Notes: generated by a model from the sequence alone, not told the origin. Shown: positions 12,811-26,841, counted from the stretch's first letter. The stretch: 64,000 nucleotides of DNA from Takakia lepidozioides (GCA_030704615.1 CM060731.1:17050001-17114000); one strand, 5' to 3'. Numbers and translations are program-made.

Positions 12811-15370
12811 TCATGCTGTACTGGGCTGCCTCGATGCCATACACTTTGCCCTTTTGTTCTGTGTATTGTGAAAGTTTGGCTCCTTTGGCACCGTCAGCCG
12901 CTTTGATGATCTGCACAGGCAGTGACATCACAGAGTGAGGCTTCATGGCAAAGTCACACACGCTCATGTGACAGCAACTGAGTCAAGAAGAAAGGAATAC
13001 CTGCGTGGCATGAAGGGCCGATCAAAGTAGGGCATGAGCTGTGCACGAGGCACCATCTCCCTCCTCAGTCTCTTTACTTCTTCCTCCTCTGCTATCTGTG
13101 TGGTCACAACAATTCTGTAAGTATGCTGTGCACAGATTGCATTACATAGACATGGTTGATGGACATACCACAGCCAGGTGGAGGTATCAAACTGCCTGCC
13201 AGCAGAAAGGATGGAGTCAACCAAGCAGAATAAAATGATGTTGAAATCCTTCAACAGCTACCACAAAATAACTTGTAACAAACCTGACGTAATCTCTCTT
13301 CTTCTTGTCGCTGTAGCTCAAGGTAAATGCTCCGTTCAGCAACCTGTTTACTCACACACAATTTTAGGGTAAGTAGGAAAGGTCAGGGTGGTGGGGGCAT
13401 TGGGACATAGACACCCCAAATGCAAAGGGAAAATTCATCAAGATCACAACATGACTGAATATTTCCCCTAGAAAAAAGTTTGGAGACATACATATTGGTC
13501 AAACTCCGCACGCTCAAGGGCCCTGAAATGAGTCAGAAGCCTGAATTCCATTGGTCTGGTCTGCCCCTTGGTAGCAGGCTTGGGTAGCACCTGCATGTTT
13601 GCACGTAAGTTGAGTTTCAAATGTGTTGTGTTGCAGCAGCATGAGAAGATGACATAAAATCGACCTACAATAGTATGCAAGGGGTTGAGAGAAAATACAT
13701 GAGGTTCATCGGTGGTCCAGGGTAATCCCTGTGCAATAGGAATGCGAAGCCGTTGTTCCTGATTCCACATCTCCTCTAATCTCTTGGAGAAGTTACACTG
13801 CTTCACTGCTCCCCTTTCCTGCTCAAATCCCTCCCTCATCACATCTCCATTAAATGTTTACAGAAGATGGTCACCCCAGTCATAGAGGATATTCAAATTC
13901 AGAAGCCTGCTCTATCCTCTCCCCAACTCCTAGACTAGCTCACCTTCCTACCTCAAATAATCATCTCAAGCCCCCAGAACCCTAAAAATGTCTCTACCTC
14001 TGTGCGGAGTTTGAAAGGTTGTGATGAATTGCGGCGGTCATGCTGGTTGCGAGCTCCAACCCTTGTCTGACTCTTAGTCAGGTGTGTCAAAGTGGACATC
14101 TGGGACCTTGATGCTCCATCCTCACTGCTTAACTGTGCATCCCACATTTCCCCCATTGATGACAGTTTGTGAGAGAGGAGAGAGGGAGAAAGAGAAGAAA
14201 ACATGAGATAAATTGGTACATTATAACATCCGCCAGATATGAGGACCAAAGGACCAAACAGGAAGATAGAGAGAGCAAAGCAGAATTGGTTTGCACCGGA
14301 CTGAGAAAAGACTTCTGTAAAATGCCCGAGAAAGAACTGTACAGAAATAGACTGAACAACAACTCACTTCATCATCCAGCTTGGTGGTTGCCTGCGTAGC
14401 AGAGTGCACTGCTCCCCCCCACATTAAGCCATCCGGTGACTCTTTATGGCTGCATAGGCGCCATCATATCAGTGGTTGACTTGGGCCTGAATCAGGGAGT
14501 GTAATAAGAACGGAAGGGATGACCTGCATAGGGATAAGAAAAGAAGGAGAAAAAGTGGAGGAGACCTAAATAGAAAGTATCACAGTAACAAAACTCTTTC
14601 CGAGTTATTGCAGAGTGCGAAAATCACCTCTCAAAGTGAGAAATTTTAGGTTGTGGAGTGGTCTCAGTGGTCTTAGTGTTCTGGTCGCCAATTCTTGGGA
14701 ATTCTTGGACATCATGATCACTAGTGGGGGACCTCATCAGGGGTGCAACTCCATCAGCTTGTTCCTTCTGGCAACCATCCTTCACATAGCAGGGCGCAAT
14801 TGAGTCATTCCAAGCCCAAACCTTGTCAAATGAATGCATATCAGCTATCCTCCCTGACTCACCACCACACATCGTGGAGCCCTGCGGAATGGTCACATCA
14901 TCAACACCTGACCTAGCCGCAACCACAGTTGGGGCATGCTTGGCTTCTTGTGCTTCACAGTCCGAGAGCATAACACTTTCAAACGCTTGTACCAGAATAT
15001 TAACACCACCTTCTCCCAACGGAGCAAGCCGATTCACTGCTTCTTTAACCAAAGTGTCCGACATCCACTCTTCCGGCTGCTTCCTCTCGGCGATTGCCTG
15101 CTTCCTGAGAAAAGCAGCTGTCTGGCCCTCTTCCCTTCGTCCCTCTTCCGGATCACAAGATGAGCCCATTCTTGACTTTCCAGATTGTACACCACTCTTG
15201 CCAGGAGTTGTCGGACAGTCTTGGTGCAGATTGGGGTCACAATTCTCGGCGGACGACGCATCCTTCCCATCCTTCACGAATTCCTCCGTCACCTGCGCAT
15301 TACCACCACACCTGCCTCCGATGACCTGATCACAGTTGTAAAGCTGTAAAGGGGACTTAGCCTTATGCAT
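12811..15370 (-). CDS. TPX2-domain microtubule-associated protein (TPX2-like family) with an N-terminal calmodulin-binding-like motif
   Basis: Approximate exons: 15370-14628, ~14125-13999 (QPFKLRTE), ~13820-13700 (RIPIAQGLPWTTDEP), ~13590-13492 (RALERAEFDQ), ~13343-13284 (VAERSIYLELQRQEEERLRQ), ~13095-13001 (EVKRLRREMVPRAQLMPYFDRPF), 12910-12811 (RSSKRLTVPKEPNFH...TGA). These motifs are typical of the plant TPX2 C-terminal domain. Confidence 0.88.
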
Positions 15371-15869
15371 GGTTGGTGCTGAAGTAAGACCTTCAGTACT
15401 ACAACCACATACCCCCAACACTCACTCCTCTCCCCTCCTGCATGCAACACCAAACCAACGTACGCTTGCTAAGTTACTCCAAGCAATCAAGAAACGCGAG
15501 ATCGCACAGACAGATTGCGATGTGTGATGATGCCAAGGAAGAACGAGCGAAGAGAGAGAAAGAGAGAGAGTCGCGATAGGCTGCTGCCTCCAACGTCTCG
15601 CACAACGGCTCAATTTCCACCGGCTACAGCCGGTGCCGTGACGGCTTCAACGGTCACAGCCTACGACCCCGACTATCCATCCACTCATTTTGTCCCCATC
15701 CATCCATCCCTTTCTCGGGTTGCGCAAATGACTAAAATAGCGACAATTACTCCATCCGACGGCCATCCGTCAAACAAATATGAAGCGCTTGTCAACTGCG
15801 TTACGTCTCCTTTACGGCCGCATGTTGAATGTTTCCACAATTACGTCTGTTGCCGCAAAAGAAGCATTA

Positions 15870-15962
15870 TGACTACTGCTTTCCGGCCGGAAGGTGAACA
15901 CTGGACACCTTTGTGACACCAACTGGTGGATTGAACCCGCAACCACTTCCGACAACTTGGTT
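15870..15962 (-). mobile_element. Degenerate partial copy of the tRNA-derived SINE at 35088-35263
   Basis: CTACTGCTTTCCGGCCGGAAGGTG...GGACACCTT...TTGAACCCGCAACCAC aligns by eye to CTACTACCTTCCAGCCGAAAGGTGGACACCTT...TTGAACCCACAACCAC. Confidence 0.55.
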
Positions 15963-16479
15963 GTCCGTTGCGGAAAATATTATCCCATGTCCAATTGTGT
16001 TACGTACCCTAGAATTCCATGACACGTTGTCGAGGGGGAATACTGGATGTACGAAGGGCAGCTACATCCCGTAATTCCCCCTCCTACTCTATCGGACATA
16101 GTCTGTCATGAGAAGTGCACTTCACATCCAGATTTGGCTACTTTGCATCCATATATGTCACATCACATCCAAAAAATGTGGAGCCCTCACTATCAAATAC
16201 AGCGCTCGTGCGCAAAACTAATAGAATTTCGCCACGTCACCCAAAGAGATCTTCATGCGGACTATGGACTACGCGGAGCGAACGTTGTAAGGCGGACACG
16301 CGGCGCGATAATGATTTTTGATGCTTAGTTGCCATGTGTCAGCATTTTATAAAAACAGCAAAGCAAAAATGGCGCAATGAAGACCATAATAGGCATCTAC
16401 AACGTTACGTCCATTATGTGCAGGCTGACGTGGACAGAGAAAGAATCAACATATAACAAATATAATTAGTCTAAAGCTT

Positions 16480-17140
16480 GACATAATAAGCACCCAAAAT
16501 CTTTAATGACTTGTTTGCGGTGCGGCTGCAAATTGAATGTTTTCACAATTACGGCATTTTTTAAACACCGAGAAAAGACAAAACATCCTCCGACGGCTGT
16601 TGTACAGATATATATTTTATCAATATCAAACGCATGCCGATTGTTAACGGCTACAAGTTGCATGGTTTCACAATCACACCGTTTCTTAAACGAGAAAACA
16701 TCCTTGGACGGTTGTTCTACTAATATATTTTAGCAAATATTAGACCCATGATGTATCTCCTTTACGGTGAAAGTTGATTGTTTCCTTAGTACACGACGGC
16801 TTTCGCAGGAAATATTAAGCGCTTGTCGACTGTGTTATGACTCCTTTACGGCTGCAATCTGAATGTATTTCTTCACTAATCCTTCGACGGCTGTTGAAAC
16901 AAATACGAAACGTGTCAAGTGTCAACTGTGTTATGTCTCCTTTACAGCGCAAGTTGATGTCTTTTGCAGGAAATATTAGGCGCTTGTCCATTGTGTTAGG
17001 ACTGCAAACTGAATGTTCTTGTCACAATTACATCACTCGACGGCTGTTGCTACAAATCTTAAACCCATGTCGACTATTACGACTACTTTACCACCGCGAC
17101 GGCTCGCTTGCCATAATCTCCTGGGTTTATGGCAACTAAA
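16480..17140. repeat. Degenerate direct-repeat array, probably transposon subterminal repeats
   Basis: Recurring motifs CTCCTTTACGGCTGCAA, CGACGGCTGTTG and GCAGGAAATATTA(A/G)GCGCTTGTC..TGTGTTA. A related unit occurs near 15780-15830. Confidence 0.65.
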
Positions 17141-17319
17141 CACTGTCACCAACTCCACAAGCACACTCCGGATACGAGTCCGCATCCATTATATGGATTA
17201 ATATAGGATCGGTGATGCGAAAATGTCTTCCGCGCATCTACCAACTGGATACAACACCTCCATCCCAATCAAGGGAGGTGAGAAAAAAAAAAATCACAAA
17301 TGTTAATGATTAATTAGCT

Positions 17320-17960
17320 AAGAGGTTGGAAGGGCTAGTTATCCAAGCTGGACTTTAGTTAGCCACATTTGGAAAAACTTAGTCTGCCAAAGGCAGGTTA
17401 GTTAGTTAGCTAGTTACAAGGTTGGCAACGAGGTAGGGATAGGGTTAGTTATGCAAGCGGGGTTAGTTAGCTACAAATATGGGTTAGTTTGTCAGCTACA
17501 AAATATGGCACTCACATGAACACTACCTACCTCTCCCACACGTGTCATCAACCTTTATAGCTAACTAAATCCAGTTGCCCATTTACATTTAACCTTCCTC
17601 AGTTAACTAAGCACCAAAAGAAAAAGAAAAAAACTAAGCTGGAATGAAAGAGGAATAATTAGTTAGGCAAGCCGGGTTAGTTAGCCACAAGGTTGGTCAG
17701 TTAGCTACAAGAAGGCTAACTAACCGAGCTCCATCCCCCCACCCAAGTAGGGTTAGTTAGCCACAAGGTTGGGCAGTTAGCTACAAAATGGCTAACTAAC
17801 CGAGCTCCATTCCCCACCCAAGCTGGGTTAGTTAGCCACGAGGTTGGTCAGTTATACAAGCTGTGTCAGTTAGCTACAAAATGGCTAACTAACCCCACCC
17901 AAGCTGTGTTAGTTAGAGGGAAGGGAAAAGTTGGTTAGTTAGGCTAAGTGGTTGGTTAGG
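17320..17960. repeat. GTTAGTTAGC-rich array with three hairpin-forming ~75 bp units
   Basis: Units at ~17672, ~17748 and ~17823, each reading GGTTAGTTAGCC...GGCTAACTAACC...CCCACCCAAG. Confidence 0.85.
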
Positions 17961-18171
17961 CAGAAGGTTGGCGGAGGGTTAGGGGGAGTGGAGTTACGGT
18001 TGGGCGGCGGCTGTGCAGAGCTGCCGTTATTGCGCTTGTCTCTTCACACTGCCGGGGCATCGCTGCTGCCCTCTCTCATTCTTCATGTACCGAGCTGTGG
18101 AGGGGGCGACCCTGCTAATTTGCACACCCACAAGCTTCACCAAACACAACTCATCTGTACTTTCAGACACT

Positions 18172-20450
18172 ATGAGGTGATCCCATGTCTTCCCCGTGTG
18201 CACAAAATTGCTACTTGTTCATGCTTTTGGTCCCCCAACTCAGTTTTTGTTGTTGAATCCAGGAAATGTACAGAATGAATGTCACTGAGGTTGATCCTAT
18301 CTGAGCTTAGCGCAATCCTGTTTTCTAGTATGAGATTGAATTGGGATGGAGCGGTGTTTGTTTTGGGATGGCACTGTTTTTTGAAACTGGGTATAACCGA
18401 TGGATCGGATGCAGCGATGGCGCATTACGGAATTTTGTATACTAAGGTGCTCTTGAATTCACTCCGTTTTCCTTGGTTTGTGAGTATAGGGCGCGGCAGG
18501 ACCTTGACGTTTCACGGTGCTGTGTATGGGTGAATTGCAGCCGCCATCCGGAGATTCGGTGGGCACAACGGTCGGACAAAGTGTTCTTGACTGTTGAGTT
18601 ACCCGATGCAAAGGAGCCGAGTGTGAAGCTTGATCCGGAGGGGAGGTTCACGTTTGCTGCCTTGGCAGGACCTGATGATCATTCTTTCGAGTCAGATTTG
18701 GAGCTTTTTGGGAAAGTGAATGTGAAGGTTAGAGCACTTCCGTTTGTGGATTGCGAACATAGTTTTTCCTTGAAGAAAGGGTCTACAAACCCGACTTGTT
18801 ACTGGATTTTGAACGTAGTAAACCTTGGAAAAGGTGCCCTTCGAAATGCGTGGGCTGTTCTTCGAGGCCTTCCAGTCCTCAGATGCGTCTCAAATTATCT
18901 GGCAGGGCCCTGTTGGAAGGAGGTTGAAATGTTCCCTGGCAACTGAAAGTGTTACTGAAGTGCTCAGTTTCAATATCGGCGTCCTGTCGAGACGGGAGTA
19001 TAGATCATAATCTGCCGAAATCTGGCTCTACATGATGTGCTCGGACCTTCTGCATATATGACTTGTTTAGGGATGTTCGTACTGAGCTGATTTATGGCAA
19101 ACTTTTGCTTTCTGTCGTAAACACTGTATGTGAACATTCTCGGAGCAGACATTTGTGATCTAACTAGTGTAGATCCAGTGTGATCTTGCTTCTTTATGCG
19201 GCTACATGACTGTCTACTGGTAATGCAATTTACAATAGCGCGCAAGCAAGAGGCAATGTACGCCCCAGGACACTTGAGAAGGATTGTACAGTCCACCTAG
19301 GCATTTGTTCTGGATTTTACTTCAGATTCAAATGATCAAATTGATCCTGTAGATGTTTACCTCTCACGAGCTTGAGTAATTTAGTTGTGGTTGACAAGTT
19401 TCTGTCATGCAGGATAGCAAGATCAGTGTTGGATTGCGACACACTTTGTGTGTGATTGAGAAGGAAGAGAAGGGGTGGTGGAAGAGATTGCTCAAGCCAA
19501 ATGGGAAGTCTCCGGCTTATGTGAAGGTTGACTGGAACAAGTGGGTTGATGAGGATGACGAAATGGATGCCCCAAGATGTGAGTTGGCAATCCAATTGGT
19601 GGTGAAATGTGTTGGATTAGTATTTCTGACACTCTGACTTGGTATATTGTTTGCAGTTGTGTTTCCACTGTAAAATTCTCTATAGCTGTGTGTGATGTTG
19701 GCTGAGGAACCTTTTAGTTCCCTTGAATGTGATTAGACTTTATCTGGAACACACACAGTGCTCAATGTCTTCTGTTTGCTGGAACAACAATTGTAAAGGA
19801 TCTGAGCCATCTGGGTTCCATCTGATAGAATGCAGGTCAAAACCCCTAATGAAATGAACATGGGTTGTGTGCATGTGGGTGCAGTGGAGAATTTTAATCT
19901 CGGTGGAACGGACAATTTCTCGGTATGCAATGTTTGAAGGAAGAGTTTGAGGTGTTTCAAACCCAGCTTTGTGTTTTATTTTGACAATGGAAATCTCAAA
20001 GTGAGCTTGCTTGTCTGTTCTGTTTGTGTATGTTTCTAACAGAAGTCACTTGCTACATGGACTTATTTTGCAGAATTATAACATGGAAGATGATGAAACA
20101 GATAGTGAGGATGAAGGTATGCTCTGTAAGTTTTCTATCTGAAACTTATACCCCCAATTTGAATTTCAGAGTCAAGACAGTAATGTCATGATTTACGTGA
20201 GGTTGGAATAAATAAATGCAGCAGTCACAAGTGCCTGAGCTTTGGGACGCATACATGATGGAAGCCCCAACCCTATTTGACTAGGAACCTGCATCTGGTA
20301 ATTTGCCTCCGCTGCCCAATGTGCTAGTGTGAGCTGGAAATGTCTGTTCCTTGTTTGGTTCCAATTTTTCGGAGGAGTTTGGGCCAGACGATGTTAAGAT
20401 TATGGTTTGTTGGAACAATGTCAGACCTTCCAGAGCTAGCAAAGGCCTAA
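18172..20450 (+). CDS. p23: Hsp90 co-chaperone p23 (CS domain)
   Basis: Exons 18172-18176 (ATGAG), 18541-18727, 19413-19578, 19885-19922, 20074-20116 and 20425-20450 (last exon tentative). Spliced protein: MSRHPEIRWAQRSDKVFLTVELPDAK...WWKRLLK...YVKVDWNKWVDEDDE...acidic tail DSEDEDLPELAKA*. Confidence 0.92.
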
Positions 20451-21917
20451 GCTGAGCATGAGTGGACAGTACAAGCTGGACATATGCGGACCAAAGGCAG
20501 TCGAAGATGCAGTAATTCACAAAGCAGCGGAGCAGGGCCCGTTCATTGCCATCAATTCAGGGATTTTTAACTGCTGCACATACTTTATCTTCGCTCCTTG
20601 CTAACTGCAAGGGGTAGTAGACGAGGCAAAAGGCATTACTTCTTTCTTCTGGGACATACGGCCCAGTTCAATATTCTCCTACTGCAAGTTACTCTCCTAC
20701 TGCAGGTTCTAAGACTAGGAAATACATCCCTTGTTAGGGCTTTATGAATTTACATATCACTTGTCGATAAGCACTTCGCTTATGTATCTTGAGAAGATGG
20801 ATTTAGCTTCTGGACGCAGTTAGTTAGGCTATTCTTGATGTGCTTGATGTTCTACATCGGCACACTGTTTCCACTTCTCCAGCTTACCATCTCAACTGTA
20901 TGTACAAATCATTTTGTAAGTAAATGTTGATATCAACAACTCCAATGTAGGTCCATGTATGCAAACAATCTCTTTCAGTAGTGCCATGCAATGGTCAAGG
21001 TTTTGCTGTCAATTGCATCTGGTTAACATCAACCAGGCTTGCATAAGAAAGAGTCTCGAGATAGAAGCATTGCATGAAGTTGTCGCATACAGGAAATAGT
21101 GCAGTGTTTCTTTCACTTGGAGCTCAATAGGTGGACTGTCTCACAGCACCCCTGACCTCTAAGCCTGACCTCTTGATGCTGTCGACATGTACCATAAGGG
21201 GTGCATTTAGCTTAGCTAAAAGAACAGAGGTAGAGCCATTGTTAGCCCTCTAGAAAAGGAACCTCATCATACACAGTGCCCACTTCCATTGAGATTACAA
21301 CTAAGCTTTCCTGGTTTGCATTCAGGCCTGAAAAATGTTTACACAGGCAGCTCCAGGATGTGCACATGTATCAACAGCCAGTCTTTTGAGCTATTGAGGA
21401 CCAAAACACCTAGCACTTTCTCTGACAGCTAAAATAAGTACTCCAAAATGTTCCTGCTGGTAGTAAACTTACAGCCGGAAAGAGAACCATAGAGACCAAA
21501 AAAGTTCTTTACAAGCTCATGTACTCAAGGACAACGCCATCAAGAAAAAATCCACAGCTTAGTCAATGTATATAGTCAATGTATAATGCTGGCCTACTTA
21601 TATTCCAACACAGATTAAGATCACAATGTCTGGATCAAATACTCACATGAGAACATGTGTTCTATTACAGTCTGAAATCTTCTACATAAGAATCATAATC
21701 AATGAATCAAGCTGCAATGTGCAATGCCAACATGAATTAGTAGTAGTCTGAGATTTTCTGCATCAGAATATAGGCTTGAGCCAACATCAGCTATGCCTTT
21801 GCTGGCAACTGCTGATACACGCAGGCTAGCATCACATAGCACAAATTATCTCTCATTGGCGCCATGCTTCTCCCAACAGCTGCTGATACACGCATCTTGT
21901 CCCAACATAGACAACCA

Positions 21918-24900
21918 TCAGTCATCACTATCATGCCTGCATAAGCAGGTGTTGAAATGTGTGAGCTTAGGTTCTGAACAAGAGAACGATGTGAGTTTCT
22001 CCTTGAATTGCAGCGAAGGACATGCTAACAACCTTCTCATCTATCTCATAAAACGCCTTCTGCATCATTCCAGCTACAATTCTCATCATTTTGTGCATCT
22101 GCAACTTAGCACTCTACCAGATTAAACACCTAGACTAACATCCTCTTGAGCTGCACTAGGGTATGTATGACACCATGTCTGGGTAAAAACAATGTTATGG
22201 ATAATATTTTACAATAGAGAAAACTAGTCTCATACACTGAGAGCGAATAGAAAACACAAGCCCATACCTAAGTTGCTGACAGAAGCGAGCCAAAGAATCA
22301 GATCCAGTCCTGAGAGCAACATCTTCAACGGCTACTGCGCTTGCAAACGTAACAGAGTCGGCCAACTTCAGCTCACAGAGCTCTTTGAGTGAGCATGCCT
22401 GAGTAAGCACCGCTGAATGACCCCCACCAGCTGCGAGTTGCCTGACTTCTCCTACACACCTATTCCACCATCCCACAAGAATTTGATATTACGCAGACAG
22501 TGTGTCCCTTCCCGACTGAATTGCGGAATAGGATCTGATGCTTGTGGGTTAGGATGCAATTCAATGGTACCATAGCCAAGCATCCCCTGTTCTTGATTGC
22601 AGCAGAGAAAGTTGCTTACCAGTCAATGGGAGAGGGATTCCACATGTACACAGTGCTGCCAGTAGCAGCCTGACCACAGCTGTTGTAACCCCACCCGAGC
22701 AAGCGGCCATCACGCATGGCTGCCAGCACGTGTGCCTGCCCACATGTCACCCGTGCCACGCCTTTCGGCATGAGCATCACTGGAACGCGTTGCATGGGGA
22801 AATCAAGGGCTGAAGCACCTCCCACTGAAAACTTCTTGTTAGGGCCCAACCCCAACTGCCCATCCCGACCTGCGCCCCACAAGAAGAGTGCTCCAGAGCA
22901 TGACACTGCGCATGTGTGGGCACCACCACACGAAATCTGGCAAATAGGAACCCCCTCCAAGGATACCACCCTCCTAGGCAGCACTTCTTTGTGTGGTGAC
23001 TGCAGACTGCGATGGCCCAGTTGGCCCATGGACCCCAAACCCCATGTATATCTGGCATGTGGCAAGCCACATTTGCATGAGAGGATAATAAGCATGAGTT
23101 TGAGTAACGAAGATAGAACACCAGAGACCTTAATCCTCAACTCTAGAACATTGCAGTATCTCCATCAGTGCACAAGTACCACAATGAATGATAACAGTCT
23201 GGTCAATCAAGAATTATGGCATGCGAGGACAAGGTAATGGATTTGGAGTGACACCTACACGTCACCCTTTTCAGCAATGGCTGCTGTGTGCTGTTCGCCA
23301 CAGGCAACCTGGGTGATTTTCACGAGTTCTGAATCTTCATCAAGAAATCTTACAAATGCAGTCACATTCCGTGCCTCCTGCCGCCCTTCACAACTGAAAC
23401 CCCTGCCCAATTGTCCATATTCATTGTATCCTGCGAGCATCGTCATTGCCCATCATCAGCAACAGCCCACTGCGTTCCATAGTTGAACCATTTTACAAAG
23501 TTCGGAATCTCCTTAGTTCCTCCAAGTACACTGTATTTGCAGTGTTTGACCACAACCAAATCAACGGCGTGGAATCAACATATGTCCCACAATACATAGT
23601 GTTGACCCTGCGGCCCTGACAACAGAAAAGGGTTGTTTCCTATAACCTCCATACACAAAGTCAAGCATGAGAAATGCAAGAGCCTAGAAAACTTGAACTC
23701 ACGCGAGGTGACCAAAATGAAATGAGATAGCCACATCCAAGGTAACGAAGAGCTCCCAAGAAAAACAAAGGATCAAGTAAACATCAAGGAAGTCACACAA
23801 GAAAAGAAACAATAAAAAGGATAAAGCATGCTGTCTCATCAGCTAGAGAGTCAATCTAAGAGTATGAGAACACTTGACAGTATCCTGTACAACAGTGACC
23901 AAGGGTTGTAATCTGGATAGCCAGTGAAGCCACACCACCTGAAGATTGTGATTAGATTAGTACTACCTGTTTAAACTATGGATGCTTGCGAAGACTCAGC
24001 CAAGATATAGTATGAGCATTGGAATCATAGAAAAACTAGACTTCAACAGAAAATGTACTCATGCCTTCCCTGCAAACCTTGGCTTGCCATAGCCTTACAG
24101 CTATTGACTCCACACGAAACTAACCCTCCCGGAGCCTTTTGTGGGTTCGAACCCCCCAGGGTTTTAGACTTCAATACAGAATATAATCATAAGACGTTGT
24201 TTGCCGTAGCCTTGTGGCCATTTGACCCCGCGCCCAGTTTGAGCGGAACACAAAGGGACAGAACCTACCTTTGTCAGGGCTTGATGTCGGTAGTAAGACT
24301 TACCTTGGAATAAAAAATTGATCCAGGTTCTCTAGAAATCCCTTCACAGAAGCATCAATCTGCTGTGTGTGGTTTGTAACTAGGCTCTAAAAGGGCCTGG
24401 GCTTTTGGCTCAGCCTCGAGACTTTCAAAGTTGGTAACCAGAGGTACAGGCACAATTCCCTTGATAGATTTGAGGAGAGCGTCTCTCTGGTGAGAGAACC
24501 CCAGACAGTATCAGAAAATGAATATTGTCTTCAGGTTGCCCACACAACGGGCAATTGCACTCTCCCTTTCCTCTCTGCTTCTGTTTGCTGTTCAAAGGTA
24601 GGCTTCCCGCCCTGAGTTTATATTTCAGTCTAGTGCCGAGAGTGGGACCCTTGAGGTCATCCATGATGTCCTCCCCCATGTCACAGACTGGAAACAAGTT
24701 CAGTGAAGTTTTCTGCCTAACTTCATTTTCATCAGACAATTTCCAGGCAACAGACATGGCTTTGGACACTACAGCCTCTAAGACAGATGTATCCAGCAGG
24801 GTCAAATTCTTGCGGATTCAGATTCAGATCCTTGGGAATCTCTTCTACTCTCTTCTTCCAGGACTTAGCCTGTTTGACAAGCCTGTTTGACAGGGCGATC

Positions 24901-26841
24901 CTGTTTCCAAGATATAGAGTCGATTAACTTAGGATATCTGATGTTGGACATATGGTGCAGCTGACCCCCATCTGACCTTGAATTTATCTCGTTGGGAGCT
25001 TAAGGAAGGGATGCCAAACTCACCCCGAACAGCCACATTGGCTGTTTTGGAGCATGCTGACATGCACTCCTTAAGCACCCCCACTGCAGGCGCTAGGATG
25101 AAAATAGATGGAAGAACCTTACCCCACATCTGCAAAAGCCCATCTGCTGAAAGGGCTGCCACATGCGCAGACCCACAAGCAACTTGCATTATTACCTGAA
25201 CCCCAAAACCAGAAAATCCGTTTCATGTGAGAACAGCTTAAATGACATGCCCTCTCCACTACAGTGAAATAGACATCCAACCATTTCATACCACTGTTAG
25301 TACATTAGTTATCTGCCAAGGCATCTAAACCAAAAGGCCTGTACAGCATTGGAATGAAATTGATTCAGAGTGACAATATAGGGCATTCAACAGCATACTG
25401 TGTTTGGAAGAAATGCGCCTCGGAATAGACGTGGATAATTTGAACCCTGTAGCAGGAGAAAATTTATCAGTAAGTCCTGACATTTAGAGTCTTCAATGAC
25501 CACCATTGCTCCCTTAAATGAAGTTCTTAGAAAAAAATAACCACAACATAGATGCCCTCTCTATAGAGGAGAATGAAAACCTGGTTTTGCCCCCAAACCA
25601 AAAGTTGACTGACACCAGAAGAGTTGCCATCCACGCCCAAAGAGCGTGGATGGGAGAGGGCAGCAGTGCAGTGAGCCCCACATGCCACTGCAGTTACAAA
25701 CTCATCCTGCAACGCCTCCACTCTTTGTGGTTCTTCGCGGTCTTCCTCTCCCCCATCTCCGAGCTGACCAAACTCATTAGAACCTGCACCAGTGTGTTGG
25801 GTACCGAGACGGTTAAGAACACTCAAAAGTCCAGATCTAAAAAGCCCTTTGAAATAATCTTGTGTCATATCACAATGGCCTTGGAGGGTTCTCTCCTTTG
25901 AATTCGACCAACTCGGACACAACTCATGCATATAAATCCTTTCCCAAGGACAAGCAAAGGGATCCTCTTCCCAGGGACTGCAAGGACGAAACATTCATGT
26001 CTTTATTTCATGTATGACCACTAAATGACAACCACGAGAAACTGGGGTCAGGTCACAGTCAGATGGAAAACTCCACCTGCCCTGGCTTGAAAAATGAAGG
26101 ACATTTTCTTGTGCTTCAACATAATCTTCATATATGTAAGTACAGAGTAACAACTCCAGACAGACACTAAAGGTAACCAATACAGTTGTTGCCAGTCCAA
26201 GCTAAAACCTAAACCGTCAAGAGTGAAGTCTTGACAGTGTGTTCAATCACCAAAACATAGAATTCATCATCATGTGTGGTAGTGACAAGCTGCCACCACT
26301 CCCCACAGCTCCCAGCAGTGGGTGTAGAGCAGAAATTATCATATTGTCCAAAAACTTGCAGACACGCATGTAACAAAGCGGAAAACACACAATGCTCGGG
26401 ACCGACCAGACCCACAGGTGCAGAAGCCTCATAAATACTCGATAATCTGACGTTAGCTTGTATATAAAATTGAAGTCGATGTACAGCAGGCACGATTCAA
26501 GTTAAAACCCTTTCAATTACTAAAATGGGGAACCCTACCACAGAAACATTGCGAATTGTGAGGTAACTTCCAAACCAACCGTCCGGCCTTCATCATCATT
26601 CAATTAAAGTAGATTCTCAAGACATACCCCAGGTGAATAATGTTCCATCCGATGCAACAGCGGCAGTATGTTGAAGGCCGCAGGCAATGTCCGACAAACG
26701 CAGAGAGATATCTCCTGTTGTCGCCTTGAAATGGTGCGGCGGCACGCGCTCAGGCTCTCTGCGAATTCTTCCCCCGGCATGGTAACCCCATACGTAGAGC
26801 GCACTTCCGCGGTGAGCTTCCCTGCCTGCCGTGCCCTCCAT
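21918..26841 (-). CDS. RCC1-repeat (RCC1/UVR8 superfamily) beta-propeller protein
   Basis: Approximate exons: 26841-26628, 25783-25581, 25446-25399, 25195-25122, 23429-23260, 23051-22620, ~22460-22270, and a tentative last exon 21936-21918. Repeats include ACGLQHT, WGSNEFGQLG, ACGAHCT, ACGSAHV, GYNEYGQLG, SCGGAHT, WGAGRDGQLG. No UVR8 GWRHT motifs, so it is not UVR8 itself. Confidence 0.9.
24185..25087 (-). mobile_element. 5'-truncated RTE/RTEX-like LINE fragment in an RCC1 intron
   Basis: Reverse-strand match to 58716-59600 (GVLKECMSACSKTANVAVRGEFG; CPLCGQPEDNIHFL; 3' end GGGTCAAATGGCCACAAGGCTACGGCAAACAACGTCTTATGA). No TSD found. Confidence 0.9.

Noticed and set aside
21918-26841. Assignment as UVR8
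   Set aside because: It lacks the GWRHT tryptophan-triad motifs and the C-terminal VP motif, so it is a generic RCC1-family protein.
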